From contig JAJCTO010000011.1 in the NCBI GenBank assembly GCA_046563655.1, positions 372,001-436,000 of the forward strand: a stretch of 64,000 bases of DNA, given 5' to 3'. Origin of the DNA: Yuukianura sp. NJ FZ-2021 (lineage: Eukaryota). The notes under the pieces are model-generated. The model searched no databases. It was not told where the DNA came from and saw only the letters and a program-made list of their open reading frames with translations. The position numbers and the translations under genes are program-made. Shown one piece after another: positions 36,445 to 49,449 of this stretch (position 1 is its first letter; each line of letters begins with the position of its first letter).

Positions 36445-37400
36445 TCGCTTCAAAATTCCAGTCTATTTGCAAATGGAGCATCCGTCATCTTCACCTCATC
36501 AATGCCAATGTCAAATAGCAGGTAACTGATGTTGGACAATTTAGCTTTGAGATTAATCGGTTTCCACTTGGTTGCAAGGAATGTCATCTCTGGTCTAAAA
36601 GTGTTAATTACAATTGTCTAATTACTCTCTAATTGATAAACGAAGCTCTCTGATAGGTTAATTTTGACAACTTACGTATCGCAATTTTTCATTAGCGCTA
36701 GTTTCACTTAGAGCTTGACCAATTCCGTCGATAATTCCTCGTCTCTGTGTAGTTTTCCGCCAATTGACAAAAATGGCGGGAAAAGATCTAACATCGAAAC
36801 AAGTCATATTCGATAATTGACATAATTGACAAAAATTGAAAACCTTACTTCTAGTATGACTTGAGTCTCCCCATGAGCTGTATTATGTTTGTGAGCGTAA
36901 ATTCACCGCTGCAGTTGTTGTAGGCAAACTTTGGAGTATGCGCGGAGTGTAGGCTGGCAGCTCTTGTGATTCCAATGAAAAAATAGCGATCGGAGAAAAG
37001 TGTTGTCAAAATTTTAAAAAACTTGTCCCCTCCCAAAACTGCTACACATTTGGTTTTACCAAAGTAATACTCTTTCACTTTATCCGTCAACTGTTCGTTT
37101 TCTTTAGTGCAGTATAAACCTTTCATAGCCTGTGCTTTCAGAGCACTCAAAGAAGAATTTTGAATGACCACTGGAAATAAAACATATAAAAAATTGCAAG
37201 ATTTGCGAAAATTCATTCTAAAAACTTAGTTTCTAACATCAAAACGATACTTGTAGAGGCAACTAGAACTTCTGCCGAAGTAACTCCCGCCATCCAAGTG
37301 ACTTTGCAGATTCTAAGGATGATCGGTAAGAAAGGCACCGGAGTCCTTCACTACCTTGATACTTGGCGTGTAGACGCTGATTGGATCTCGAAGTATATTG
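36445..37400 (-). pseudogene. Decayed type-B carboxylesterase, C-terminal half
   Basis: Fragments DPISVYTPSI..AFLTDHP*, WMAGVTSAE, SDRYFFIGITRAASLHSAHTP, ELSTELVKL*, KWKP..YL..PFANRLEF*; stops fall at expected Trp positions; no catalytic GxSxG region seen. Confidence 0.55.
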
Positions 37401-39519
37401 ACTTCACAGAAAAAGAACAACAAGAAATGTCGCCTTGTTCAAACAGCATTGACTAGCAAATTATTGTTTCATATCAGTGCTTCTGAATATGTTGACTGGA
37501 GATTTTTTGAGACAATCATCATTTGCTCGTCGATACTACAGTTCAGTAAAAACCAGAGACGTGTTTAAAAAAAAAAGAGTTTAATCTCCTTTCTTACTGA
37601 GGCAGACGCGTACTGCGCTACCGACAGGGTTACAGTACCACAGTGCTACCGTCAGTTTTTCCAGATCTGTCTAATGGCGTACTTCGCGACATCCTAAGTT
37701 AGTATATAAATTCTGAAAGTTGTTTAAAAGGCAAACTTAATATTCAAACTTACGAGGACTGGCTCTTGGCCGTTTCTCGAAATCTGAAACTCTGAAATGA
37801 AAACAAAAGTATTTGAGCTTGCGGCTTTACCGAAAGGTTACCAATTCTTGTAAAACATAAATCCTGGACTGCGTCTATTTTAATAAGTTTTACAAAAAAA
37901 AACATTAAGGAAGAGAGTGCTTTTTATGTTTAGGAATCCAGGTGAGGACTGTGAATTTCAACAAAAGTTGGAAGGATGTGACAAAATTGGCCTTAAGCAG
38001 GAGAAAGCATTGCATTTCGTCGCTATTGAGAATTGGAAAAGTGAAAGAACACCAATCAGCTTAATGGAACATGTTACAAAACGGACTTTTCAACAACTTC
38101 ACGATTTTTTTATCCGGTCAAAAAGTCCCAGTTGTGCTTTGGAAAAAAAAAACAAACAAACAAACGACCATCTCAATTTAGTATTAGCGTTTAGATTCAA
38201 TTTGTGCAAATGGAAACAAATGACTTCCATCGTCTCAATCCTGTAGTCCATTCAAAGTATATCCTAAATTTGACAGGTTAATCCGTTTTAATTAAGCTTT
38301 CACCTTAAGATCTCAACATTTTTTAAGCAAAGTGAAGCGCGCTGACTTGGTATCTTGCACAATTCAAAGCATCTCATGTATTTCATAACTCATCATTGAG
38401 CATCTCATAACTTTTACAACAAAGTTGATGTAACAATGTAGTAGTTTTGGGTGTAAGAGTAGGAGATGTTCATTTTCATTTCTAAAAACAGAAATGGCGG
38501 CCAGTTCCGTTTCGAATTTTTTTATGAAAACTACGAAGACTCGATTTCGCTTTAATTTTTTTTTTCTTTTGTATTTATGAAACCATGCATCAAGTAGGAC
38601 GTGAATTAGCTCATTTAACATGAAATCTCAATTTCAGTTTCTGATTTTGCACTTTTTGAAAAAAAAAAATTACCTCATTGAAAAAAGAATGTTTTATAAC
38701 TTGGGGTTCCAACTTTGGATTTTTGCTTTCCGTGTTGCTTCAGATCTAACCTCATTGCTTCGGAATTTTTATATACGCAAACTCTTTTCCCGTTTCTTGT
38801 ACCAGTTTTTGTTGTTCCAAGCTCCCATGCATCTAGTTTCGGATTAATCCTTATTTTCTCCGTTCCGCTCCTGCCTGCTAAAGATTTCAGTTTCATTTTT
38901 GCCGGAAAACGAAACAACACTGAGCTGCAGCATCTCTAAACGTACAGGCTTTTCCGTTTCCAGTTTTAGTTCAAAATGAGGAGCGGAAGGAATTGTAACT
39001 AAATAAATGTTGATGCTCCTCTTGCTTCAAATTGTTTGGAGAAGGTCTCATTTCCTTTGTCTACTTTCTCTTTCGCAACTTAACTCGTAAGAAAGCATAA
39101 AAACAGAGAAAACTTTACCCCCAAAAATTGTGTTTTGTGCTACTGATTTTGTGCCTTTGACCGTTCAGAGGGAACCTTCTGGAGGTGTCATTTCGTTATT
39201 TTTCGAATTTCCCTGCTCTTAATGGTGATTACAACATTCCTTTCTTGTATTGAAGAGGATACAAAAGGAATAAAAGAAAACTTGCTAATCCATCCCCTCT
39301 CTCTCTCTTTCCAATCAACGACTTTCACTTCTTATTTTCTAGCTACACAACGGCTAACTAACCTAAGCTGGGTAAAACTGAATAACTAACCTAGAGCTAA
39401 CGAAAAACGGCAAGTAGCTGGCCGTATTACACTTGACAAGTCAACCTCATTTGACCTTTGACCTTTAGGAAATAACAACTCATATTCAAAAGATCGCCTT
39501 AAACATTAGGGTATGGGGT

Positions 39520-40041
39520 ACCCCACAATAAAGAGGTAGTTTCTCCCCCTGTGACTACTAGTAGTGGCAACTGATGAGCTAGATGCTGGCAACTCAATTT
39601 TGTAATTTCCAAGCATTTCCCACCTCCCTAGCCAAAGTTATGATAACTGCAGACAGTTACCCCCACCCTCCAATAAAGAGGTAGTTTCTCCCCCTGTGAC
39701 TTCCCACCATTATTTTCCAGCGGTGGAAAGTGAAGTAACAGATGCTGGGAACTCAGTTTTGTAACTTCCCAACATTTCGTAGCTTGCTACTAACTAGCCA
39801 AAATTTCAGCGAATACGAATGCGATTTCTGACGATTCAGCGGAATAGTGGGTCCACTTCAGACAGGAACTTCAGACAGTGTAATGGGGTAGTTTTTTCCC
39901 CAGTTACTTCCCAGCATTTCCCAGTGGTGGGATCGAGTGAGAAGGTGGTGGGAGAATTGTTTTTGTGGTTTCCAGTCAGTTCTGGAGTTCCTGGACAAAG
40001 TTAGGGGACTTCAGACAGCATATCAGACTTTTAGTCTTGTC
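39520..40041 (+). mobile_element. Truncated relic of the foldback-like family at 47674-60877 (one arm end with ~1.5 degenerate 157-bp units)
   Basis: 39790-40039 is the reverse complement of 47677-47925 (…CAGCGGAATAGTGGGTCCACTTCAGACAG…CAGACTTTTAGTCTTG). Confidence 0.8.
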
Positions 40042-40273
40042 GCAAATTTCAAATTGAACAATTCCTACCCTGGTAAAAGTCATCTGGACTGGTGTTCCTA
40101 ATCCTCTGAAAATTCGCATTCTCCATTCTACTGCGAAGTTACCGGCTTTTGTATTTTACTTCCAACTTTTGCATTTTGTGTACACGTCACTCACCTAACC
40201 GCATCCGGTTTCGCGACGGTAGCGATCTGCGTGCGTCATCAGCTGGCACTTTTGCTTCTAACGTTGTAACAAA

Positions 40274-43200
40274 ATGAAGCCAGATCTTTTGTCGTTGATA
40301 CTCAACCGAATAACGGACGCTTCTATCAAGTATCCCAGGAGTCATAACATTTTCCTTGGCTATGGAACTGCTGGAATTAGAAACAAGTAAACCTTCAATT
40401 AACTTCTTTCATTGCTTATTCTTCCTCCTGATAAATGTCTTTGGAAAAATTGTGTTAGTGTGTACTATTTTTGAAAATTCTGAAAATTTTTTTACAGACA
40501 CTACATGGATCCCTGATAACAAAAAACAAAAAAAATTTGACCGGAAATCAAAAAAAATTCTCAAAAAACTTAACCTAACCTAACCTAACTTGACACTAAA
40601 TAGCCTCTAACTTTTTTGTTGTTGACTTTTTTTGAAAAATTCTTCCAGAATCGTGTTCAGCATACTTTAGTTAGCCTAGAAACCAATTTTCATGCAATTC
40701 AGAAAAAAAAAAATTTTCAAAAAAAATTTTTTTTGGAAATTTTTTTTGATTTCCGGTCAAATTTTTTTTGTTTTCTGTTATCAGGGGTCCATGTAGTGTA
40801 TGCACAAAAAATTTCAGAATTTTCAAAAATAGTACACACTAACACAATTTTACCATGTCTTTTGCTAGAATTTTAACTAAAATTACAGGGAGTCCCTGTT
40901 GCACCATGTTATGTTTCGAATGGGGATTTTGGCTGCCCTCCGGTCTAAGAGTACTAATGGTAAGGTTAACACTTTCGTGCGTTGAATTCTAAAATCTTCG
41001 AACTTAGTTTTTAGGTACCTTACTTACCTTACTCCTGCTGTTGTTTCCTAACCCCCTGTTTTCTTTTTCAGCTACCGTGGGGGTTATGATTACGGCTTCT
41101 CACAATCCAGTAGGCGACAATGGCCTGAAGTTGATAGATCCTGCAGGTGATATGCTTACGGCGTCTTGGGAACTGCATGCCGCAGTGATCGCGAATGTTG
41201 GTGACGAAGATTTGTGTTCCGCGGTCCAGGAGGTCATAAGGAAAGAGAAGGTGGATATGAGTGTCAAAAGTTCGGTGTATTTGGGGAGAGACACAAGGTA
41301 AATTCAAGCTTAATGTACATCAACCAATCAATCTCCTCAGAGAATTGAAGTATGCTGTATTATGTCGAATTTGCAGGCAAAGTGGAATTGAATACTCAAA
41401 GGCTCTACAGTTCGGGGTGAATTCCGTTGACACTGACGCTCATTTTGTCGACTGCGGTGTCACAACAACTCCGTTGCTCCACTATCTGGTTGTCTGCGCC
41501 AACAATCCTCAAGATTTCAAGGAACCGTACGCCGATTGCTACTACTCGCAACTATCCGCAGCTTTCCGGAACATCATTGCCCTGGTAATACTATTATTAT
41601 AGTCGGGCCGTTTTCAAGATCCTAAGTTTTCTGTGGTTGGGAAAAAATACAACTCTCACTTCACGGATTCCACCCTTCCCGCGCTGGCTGGTATGGGCAG
41701 ATCAATGAGAATACTCATTGAGGTGCCCAAAGTGGAATTGAGTGGAACCCATGAAGTGAGAGTTGTATTTTTTCCCAACCACAGAAAACTTAGGATCTTG
41801 AAAACGGCCCGACTTTAGTAAACTAACCCACCCATTTTTCAAATCTACGTTTGAAATGCGAATTCATTAGCTTGCAAATCGGATTTCAGAAACCGAGAAC
41901 TGGAGCATATCTGCCTTCCCTTTTATTCGATGGCGCCAACGGTGTTGGTGCTGACGCTGTGTATGAAATAGCGAAGCGGATTACAGCCGAATCACTTGAC
42001 ATTAAAATCTTCAACGATGGAAAAAGCGGCGGAGTGCTGAATCACGAGGTAATCCATCCAAAGTAATGTTTTCTCACACGCCCTCACGACGACGAATTTT
42101 GGGTGTTCAGTTGCGTAATCAAGTCACTACTGTACAGTATGTGTATGTATAGTGCGGAGCAGACTTTGTAAAAGTTGAAATTCGTGGACCACAAAACTTC
42201 CCAGTTGAGCCGCTCGCACGTTGCGTCAGCTTCGATGGAGATGCTGATCGTGTCATTTACTTCTATTACGACAACCAAAAGACGTTCCGAATGCTTGACG
42301 GAGACAAGATTGGAGTTTTATTCGCGCAGCACTTGGGTGAGCTTGTTAGGGACTCTGGAATTTCCGGGCTCAGGTTCGGCCTTGTGCAAACTGCGTATGC
42401 AAATGGAAGTTCGACAAATTATGTTCAGAATCAACTCGTGAGACTAAAGAACATTATATTACTATATTTTAGCATTCATATACCTTGATATATTCATATA
42501 TTTTATTGTGTTCTGGCATCAGGGAATTCCTGTCTGCTTCGCTCGTACTGGAGTTAAGCACTTGCATCATGCAGCTATAACCAATTTCGATATTGGTGTT
42601 TACGTGGAAGCCAACGGACACGGCACAGTCGTTTTTAACAAAACAGCGGTGGATGCCATTACGCAAGCGGCGGAGTAGGTCTCATTTTTATCCGAATTAA
42701 TTGGCTCAATACCGCTCAGCCTCTATTTAGCAAAAGCGTTTCTCTGTGTATTCTAGAAAAGGAGGCAGCGTTGCTGCAATTGAGTTGTCTCGTTTCATGC
42801 AACTCATCAATCAGTATGTGGGAGATGCTCTTTCCGACATGCTAACAGTGGAAGCTATTTTACACTCTCGTGGTTGGAGTATCGAGGACTGGGATGCCAT
42901 TTATACGGATTTTCCAAATCGCCTTCTGAAGGTTTATGTAGAAGACAGAAATTCAATCGAAGTGAGGGATGATGGGCCAAAGGTCAATGTTGAAAGTCCA
43001 GCCGGAGTACAGGAGAAAGTAGACGCGCTTACAGCCAAGTATAAGAATGGGAGGAGCTTTTTCCGGTAAGTGCAGCGAGGTATTAGTTATGTTGAAAGTA
43101 AAATTGATGAAAGATATTTATTAAAGATGTTATTTATGCATGCGCCATGTGTAGACCATCAGGAACCGAGGATATCGTGCGAGTCTTTGCTGAGGCAGAC

Positions 43201-43308
43201 ACACAGGAGAATGCAGATTTGTTGGGAGCCGAAGTTTGTCAACTTGTGTACGACTTTTGCAAGGGAGTAGGTACACGACCAAACCTCCCATCTAAAGTGT
43301 TCAGCTAA
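40274..43308 (+). CDS. PGM3: Phosphoacetylglucosamine mutase (multi-exon)
   Basis: YGTAG (exon 1), GVMITASHNP active-site loop, DGANGVG, SFDGDADR metal loop, VQTAYANG, EANGHG, GDALSD, RPSGTED; GT-AG introns. Confidence 0.95.
40443..40854. mobile_element. MITE in PGM3 intron 1, GG...CC termini (Merlin- or MULE-like)
   Basis: ~115-bp imperfect TIRs, 8-bp TSD ATGTCTTT (40435-40442, 40855-40862), internal (AACCT)n. Confidence 0.88.
41600..41815. mobile_element. MITE in PGM3 intron (Tc1/mariner-like)
   Basis: ~70-bp near-perfect TIRs AGTCGGGCCGTTTTCAAGATCC.../...GGATCTTGAAAACGGCCCGACT flanked by TA. Confidence 0.85.
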
Positions 43309-44541
43309 TGGTTGCGTTGCAATTAATTACGGAAATCCCATGACATGGTGATTGTGCTAAAATTGAGTGCTGTGTATTATCAATTAAACTACCTATCGGT
43401 ACCACTTTAGAAGATGCCTAAATCCTTAGATACCTTATACCTTACAGTTATTTATCCTAATATCACTTAAGTTAATGCTCTACTATTCCAAAACATGATT
43501 CGCTCCTTTTTCTTGATTTACGTTTAGTTACTTTTTTTTTTATTCTAGGTGTCTTTTCCTTCTAGCAGTAAACAGATTATGGATATACTTGAATGCATGG
43601 ATATTGTTCAATATGTAATGTTCAATACACTAAACGCTTGGCATTTACGACGGTTGCGCTTAGACGTTTTTTTTCGGTTGCTTATTAATTTTTATTCATG
43701 AATCATGAGTTTCTGAAGGTTCCATGCCTTTAGCCCTAAACCTTTAGGCCCTAAAAATCCTACCAAAACTTCTTGTTTTCGTCTTCCAACAAGCGAAACC
43801 TATTCAAAAACCTAATCTAACCTAACCTTAATTTGAAACAGAAAAAAAAAAAATTAAAATTACATCAAAAGAAAGAGTGAGGGCCCAAAGTGCTTCTGCT
43901 TAGGCGCTGGGAGGGCCTAATGGCGCGCTTCGATTTCTGACATGTACGGGGAATAGTCAGGCGTTTTCTTCATCTTTTTTTTTGTGGGTTTTGGATAAGG
44001 CAAATTGGGGTAGGGATTAAGAATCATCATTGTAGCTACACTGCGTGACCAGTCCGGTCATTCATAAATTTCGCTTTACATTTCACTAACTTGAACTGAT
44101 ATAAATTGGCACGTTGCTAGTGGCAACATACAAAAGTTGCGTCCGCGTAGTCGGGAGCTGCGGTAGTAGATAGAACGGTGAAGTACAAAGGAGTATCGTA
44201 CAACCTTACCTCAACCAGCCTGTTTTTTTTTTTGTGCTTGCTTTAAAAACAAAAGCATTTTACACCGATAATTTTTGGTTTTTCATTTTTGGAACGATAT
44301 TGACTCTGGCTGGAGTGGAGGGACAGGGACAGGATACCTAGGACTCGTCGTCTGGACAATTCGACAATTATTGCTGAGGTTCGTTTGGATAATTCAATGC
44401 TGGTACTACCTTCAGTTCAGTTAAGCAAAAAGTAACTTTTGATCAAACTTTACCTTGCTGAAATATCAACAACCGCATCCTGGGATGTTGTAAAAATGTG
44501 TCGTGCATATTTTAGGAAGTGAAATTGGTGCCGGAGTAACG

Positions 44542-45681
44542 ATGCTGGACTTAGACTTAGACATAATCTACGACGCCCAAAGCTTCATAGTTTGGGTAAT
44601 GGGAACATTGGAATTTTTGCTTGGTGTAAGCTACGTCGCTGGAAAATGGTTAACATTCAACATTGTGGACGTTGTGTTACTTTTCTACCACGTGCTCACT
44701 GCAGTTGGATATTACGCCGAATTCTGCCTTCAAACAGTTGTTGGGATAGTAGAAACTGGATTCTTGATTTATTATGCAATTGGACATATTATAGATGGTA
44801 AGGCTAGTAACGGTCATTTATTTAAACTCAAATAGCAGCGTTAATGTACACCAAATTTAGTATTTAATTCGTATTTACAGCATTCGTGATTACATTCGCA
44901 GACGCAATCTCCTTCGTCCAGTACGTGTGGACTACAGTGGCGTTTGCGCTAAAGTCATGTTTCGACTTAATAACCACATCTATTACTTCACTTATCATTC
45001 TTCCGGAGCAAGTCGGTGTCGCTATTACTCTCACGCTCTCTCTAATCGGTGATTCCTTTTTATCATTTTGTAAGTTCATCACGAGTGCCTTGCTCAGCGC
45101 CTGGATCAATCTGATTTCAACGCCGCTCTACCTATTCAGCACCATCAAGGGCTTCTTATACGTTATCCTCACACTGCCACAGAAGTTGTCTTCGTCAATA
45201 ACGCTATCGTCTTACACCGGTTTGGCGATAGTGATAATCGCCTATATTGTATTTCGTCGCTTTCCTCTTCGGCAGTTATTTGCAGCCAGCTTCCAATGGA
45301 GTCGCAGAGTACTTACATTCTGTCATCATTTCGCTACATCTGTGTTTTCGTCTCACCGCCATCGGGCACAAATTAACGCGAGCCGGGACCCCGGCTTGAG
45401 TTCCAATGACACCTTTAAGCGAATGGAGCCCGACGCTCCAAGAAACGCTAGCGGTATATGTGTCGTTTGCTTCGAGAATCCTGTTACCTATTTAGCCACT
45501 CCGTGCAATCACATCTGTATCTGCAAGTAAGCATTTCTTGGTTTTATATGCCGTCGTAATACGTTATAACGTTATTTTGGTAATTTTTAGAGACTGCTGC
45601 CACGAATTGGTGAGAAGCGACAACCGTTGCCCTCTATGCCGGAAGACGGTCAGGACATACACGCGAGTTTACATCTCATGA
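44542..45681 (+). CDS. Multi-pass membrane RING E3 ligase, RNF26-like (exons 44542-44797, 44881-45526, 45591-45681)
   Basis: Long hydrophobic N-terminal region, C-terminal CVVC...PCNHICICKDC...CPLCR RING. Confidence 0.8.
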
Positions 45682-46126
45682 GACAAGAAGGCACGAGTCA
45701 GTCGTCAGTCACATTACGACACAATACAAATACTCCGGATCATACTGAACTCCGCCTGTAGTAAAATAAGAGTAAAACCCTCATCCACCTTCCGAGTTCC
45801 AAGTTCGGTCTACCATTGTTGTTTTTATTATCTCCCTTCTCCTGTACTACTTTTGTATTTTTTTAAAATTAGATTTGTTGATTATTATGTGGATGATGAG
45901 AACGATTATTATTATTATAAATCGTCTGTTCCCTTGTTAGAAATACGGTTAATAAAAGACGTGTAAGAGTACGTATTAGACCTAGAACCGTATCCGACAC
46001 AATTGTCGTTGACACAATTCAATTGATGCAACCAAGCACCTCACTTCTCTATTTTTTTTACAATTATTGTTTTTATTAACTTGGAACACACAAAATGAAT
46101 TAAAAGGTGGTAGCATGGAAATCGAT

Positions 46127-47618
46127 TTAACTGCGGTTAAAATCATAGCCAGGGAAAAACAAGGGTATCTTGTTTTGGTAAATTTTGAGATCCTTTGACA
46201 GGAAAACGCAGAAGGTAACTCCATCCACCTGTTTTTAACAGCAAATTAATACTAAATAAATCGGCGCCTTGGATGTTTCAGCCGGATTTCCCAAATTCCA
46301 AGGTCACGTTTCCAGCTTAGAAACTAGAAAGTTAGGTAATCTAACGAGTAAGCTTTTTAGGCTAAACTTACTGCTCCCAAAGCCTTAACTTTAAAGTTAG
46401 GGCTTAGCGAGCAGTATGTTAGAGCTGATAATGAGGTGAGACCGTGGGAAGCCAGGCTGAAACGTATTAGATGTCTGGGGGAAAACGAAATTATACTAAA
46501 AAAAAAACAAACCTGTTCATGATGTTTTTCCAGAAACAGTCGCGTCTCTTCAAGCGCAATTTCCGATGCCAACTGATTTGGGAATCCTAAGATTTGTTTT
46601 TTGTTTTGTTTAAATTACGACCAGAAGTTACCTTGCTTTCGTTCATACAATTCTAATGGTCGTTGACTCACCGTAAATTCCTGTGCCTACGCACGGAAAT
46701 GCCTGCAAACACAAATCACAAATCTTCAATTAACTTTTGCTTAATTCATAGTACTATTGGTGTTTTTTTTATTTGTACTAACGATTGATTTGAGGTTATT
46801 TTCTAATAGAACTTCAAAACAGCGTTTGTAGCAGCTGCGTAAAATGTCGGGTTTCTCGCCGCGTGGACCAACAGTATGGATAACATCTTCACCAAGATAA
46901 TTTTTCAATTAAACGCAACGCTCTGACTTGTGCTGTATAATCAGTTACTTCATTTTGCTTACGTTTCGCTGGAAGATCGTATCCTCCCGTGATTTTAGCG
47001 TCTCCCTCAGGGCAGCCATCTAGACTCACACACTCTTTGGCCAAGTCTTCCCCAGCTGCATCGTGGATGGCTCCGCACACTGCGAAATCATTGAACTGTT
47101 AATAAAATTGTAGATTTACGAGAATATACTGTTCCCAGCTTACCTCCGGCTCCCGGCAAGAGCTGATCGTTGGCAGCGTTCACAATGGCATCCACCTCCA
47201 GCTCAGTAATGTCGCCATGAATCAAGGCGACTTTCTTATTCAAAGCATCATTCACCTCGAATGGTTCTGGTTCGGAAGACTCTGTTAATAGACCCTCACA
47301 ATTATCGTTCATTTTTTTATTGTACAGTGGTTGATACTAATTTCTCGAGTGTAGCCCTTAGCAACTGCTTGGGTTGAAGTAATTCAATCACATCCACATG
47401 TATCCAGAAATCCAGCCGATCTGTGCCTGTGCATATTTATTTTCCGTATTTCTAACCTTAATTTTTGCAAATTGGAATTTAAATTAAAGTGAAGAACGAT
47501 GAATAATCAAACTTCATCCTCCGCCACCACTCTGAATTTATTGAAGTTACATAAGGTAGACATAATGGTTTGTACCAGGAATTTGGCGTTGCCACAAGCT
47601 TTTCGTTGAATCTGCCAT
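46127..47618 (-). CDS. Macrodomain ADP-ribose glycohydrolase, MacroD1/2-like (5' exon uncertain)
   Basis: [55 protein letters not shown] across short GT-AG introns; stop 46127-46129; start at 47618 is a guess. Confidence 0.85.
46273..46465. mobile_element. Possible small degenerate MITE in MacroD intron
   Basis: Imperfect ~20-bp inverted repeat GTTTCAGCC.../...GGCTGAAAC, internal GTTAGG motifs; no TSD established. Confidence 0.35.
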
Positions 47619-47944
47619 TCTGTGGAGTAGTCAGTCATCTGATAAGCAGTTCGTATTTGCATGGTGATTGGTGGGCCAAGACTAAAAGTCTGAAGTGCTG
47701 TCTGAAGTGCCTGTAACTTTCTCCAGAAACTCCAGAACTGACTGGAAACAACAAAAACAATTCTCCCACCTCCTTCTCACTCGATCCCACCACTGGGAAA
47801 TGCTGGGAAGTTACTGGGGAAAAAACTACCCCTTTCACTGTCTGAAGTTGCTGTCTGAAGTGGACCCACTATTCCGCTGATTCGTCAGAAATCGCAATCG
47901 CATTGGTTAAAATTTTCGCTAGTAGGAATGTGCGAAATACCAGG

Positions 47945-49449
47945 AAATGACAAAACTGAGTTCCCAGCATCTTGTTCATCATTTCCCAACACTGGGAAAT
48001 GGTGGGAAGTGTCTGGGGAAAAAACTACCTCTTTATTTTGGGGGTGGGAGGAAGTCTGAAGTGGGAATAACTTTGGCTAGAAAGGTGGGAAATGCCGGAA
48101 AACAATAAAACTGAGTTCCCAGCATCTAGCTCATTACTTCCCACTACTGGGAAATGGTGGGAAGTGACTAGGAAAGAAACTACCTCTTTATTTTGGGGGT
48201 GGGAGGAAAACTCTGAAGTAGGAATAACTTTGGCTAGGAAGGTGGGAAATGCTGGGAAATGACAAAAATGAGTTCCCAGCATCTAGTTCATCAGTTCCCA
48301 CTACTGGGAAATGGTGGGAAGTGACTAGGAAAGAAACTACCTCCTTATTGTGGGGGGTGGGAGGAAAACTCTGAAGTAGGAATAACTTTGGCTAGGAAGG
48401 TGGGAAATGCTGGGAAATGACAAAAATGAGTTCCCAGCATCTAGTTCATCAGTTCCCACTACTGGGAAATGGTGGGAAGTGACTAGGAAAGAAACTACCT
48501 CCTTATTGTGGGGGGTGGGAGGAAAACTCTGAAGTTGGAATAACTTTGGCTAGAAAGGTGGGAAATGCTGGAAAACAATAAAACTGAGTTCCCAGCATCT
48601 AGCTCATTACTTCCCACTACTGGGAAATGGTGGGAAGTGACTAGCGGAGAAACTACCTCCTTATTGTGGGGGGTGGGGGCAAAACTCTGAAGTTGGAGTA
48701 ACTCTGGCTAAGGAAGTGGGAAATGCCGGAAAACAATAAAACTGAGTTCCCAGCATCTAGCTCATTACTTCCCACTACTGGGAAATGGTGGGAAGTGACT
48801 AGGAAAGAAACTACCTCTTTATTTTGGGGGTGGGAGGAAAACTCTGAAGTTGGAATAACTTTGGCTAGAAAGGTGGGAAATGCTGGAAAACAATAAAACT
48901 GAGTTCCCAGCATCTGGCTCATTACTTCCCACTACTGGGAAATGGTGGGAAGTGACTAGGAAAGAAACTACCTCTTTATTTTGGGGGTGGGAGGAAAACT
49001 CTGAAGTAGGAATAACTTTGGCTAGAAAGGTGGGAAATGCTGGAAAACAATAAAACTGAGTTGCCAGCATCTGGCTCATTACTTCCCACTACTGGGAAAT
49101 GGTGGGAAGTGACTAGGAAAGAAACTACCTCTTTATTTTGGGGGTGGGAGGAAAACTCTGAAGTAGGAATAACTTTGGCTAGGAAGGTGGGAAATGCTGG
49201 GAAATGACAAAACTGAGTTCCCAGCATCTAGTTCATCAGTTCCCACTACTGGGAAATGGTGGGAGGTGACTAGGGGAGAAACTACCTCCTTATTGTGGGG
49301 GGTGGGGGCAAAACTCTGAAGTTGGAATAACTTTGGCTAGAAAGGTGGGAAATGCTGGGAAATCACAAAAATGAGTTCCCAGCATCTGGTTCATTAGTTC
49401 CCACTACTGGGAAATGGTGGGAAGTGACTAGGAAAGAAACTACCTCTTC
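47945..49449 (-). repeat. ~157-bp tandem repeat array (left arm, ~9-10 units)
   Basis: CCCACTACTGGGAAATGGTGGGAAGTGACTAGG recurs every ~157 bp. Confidence 0.95.

Noticed and set aside
40570..40590. Telomere (TTAGG)n
   Set aside because: Only ~3-4 units, internal to a MITE; similar short runs at ~43810 and ~39355
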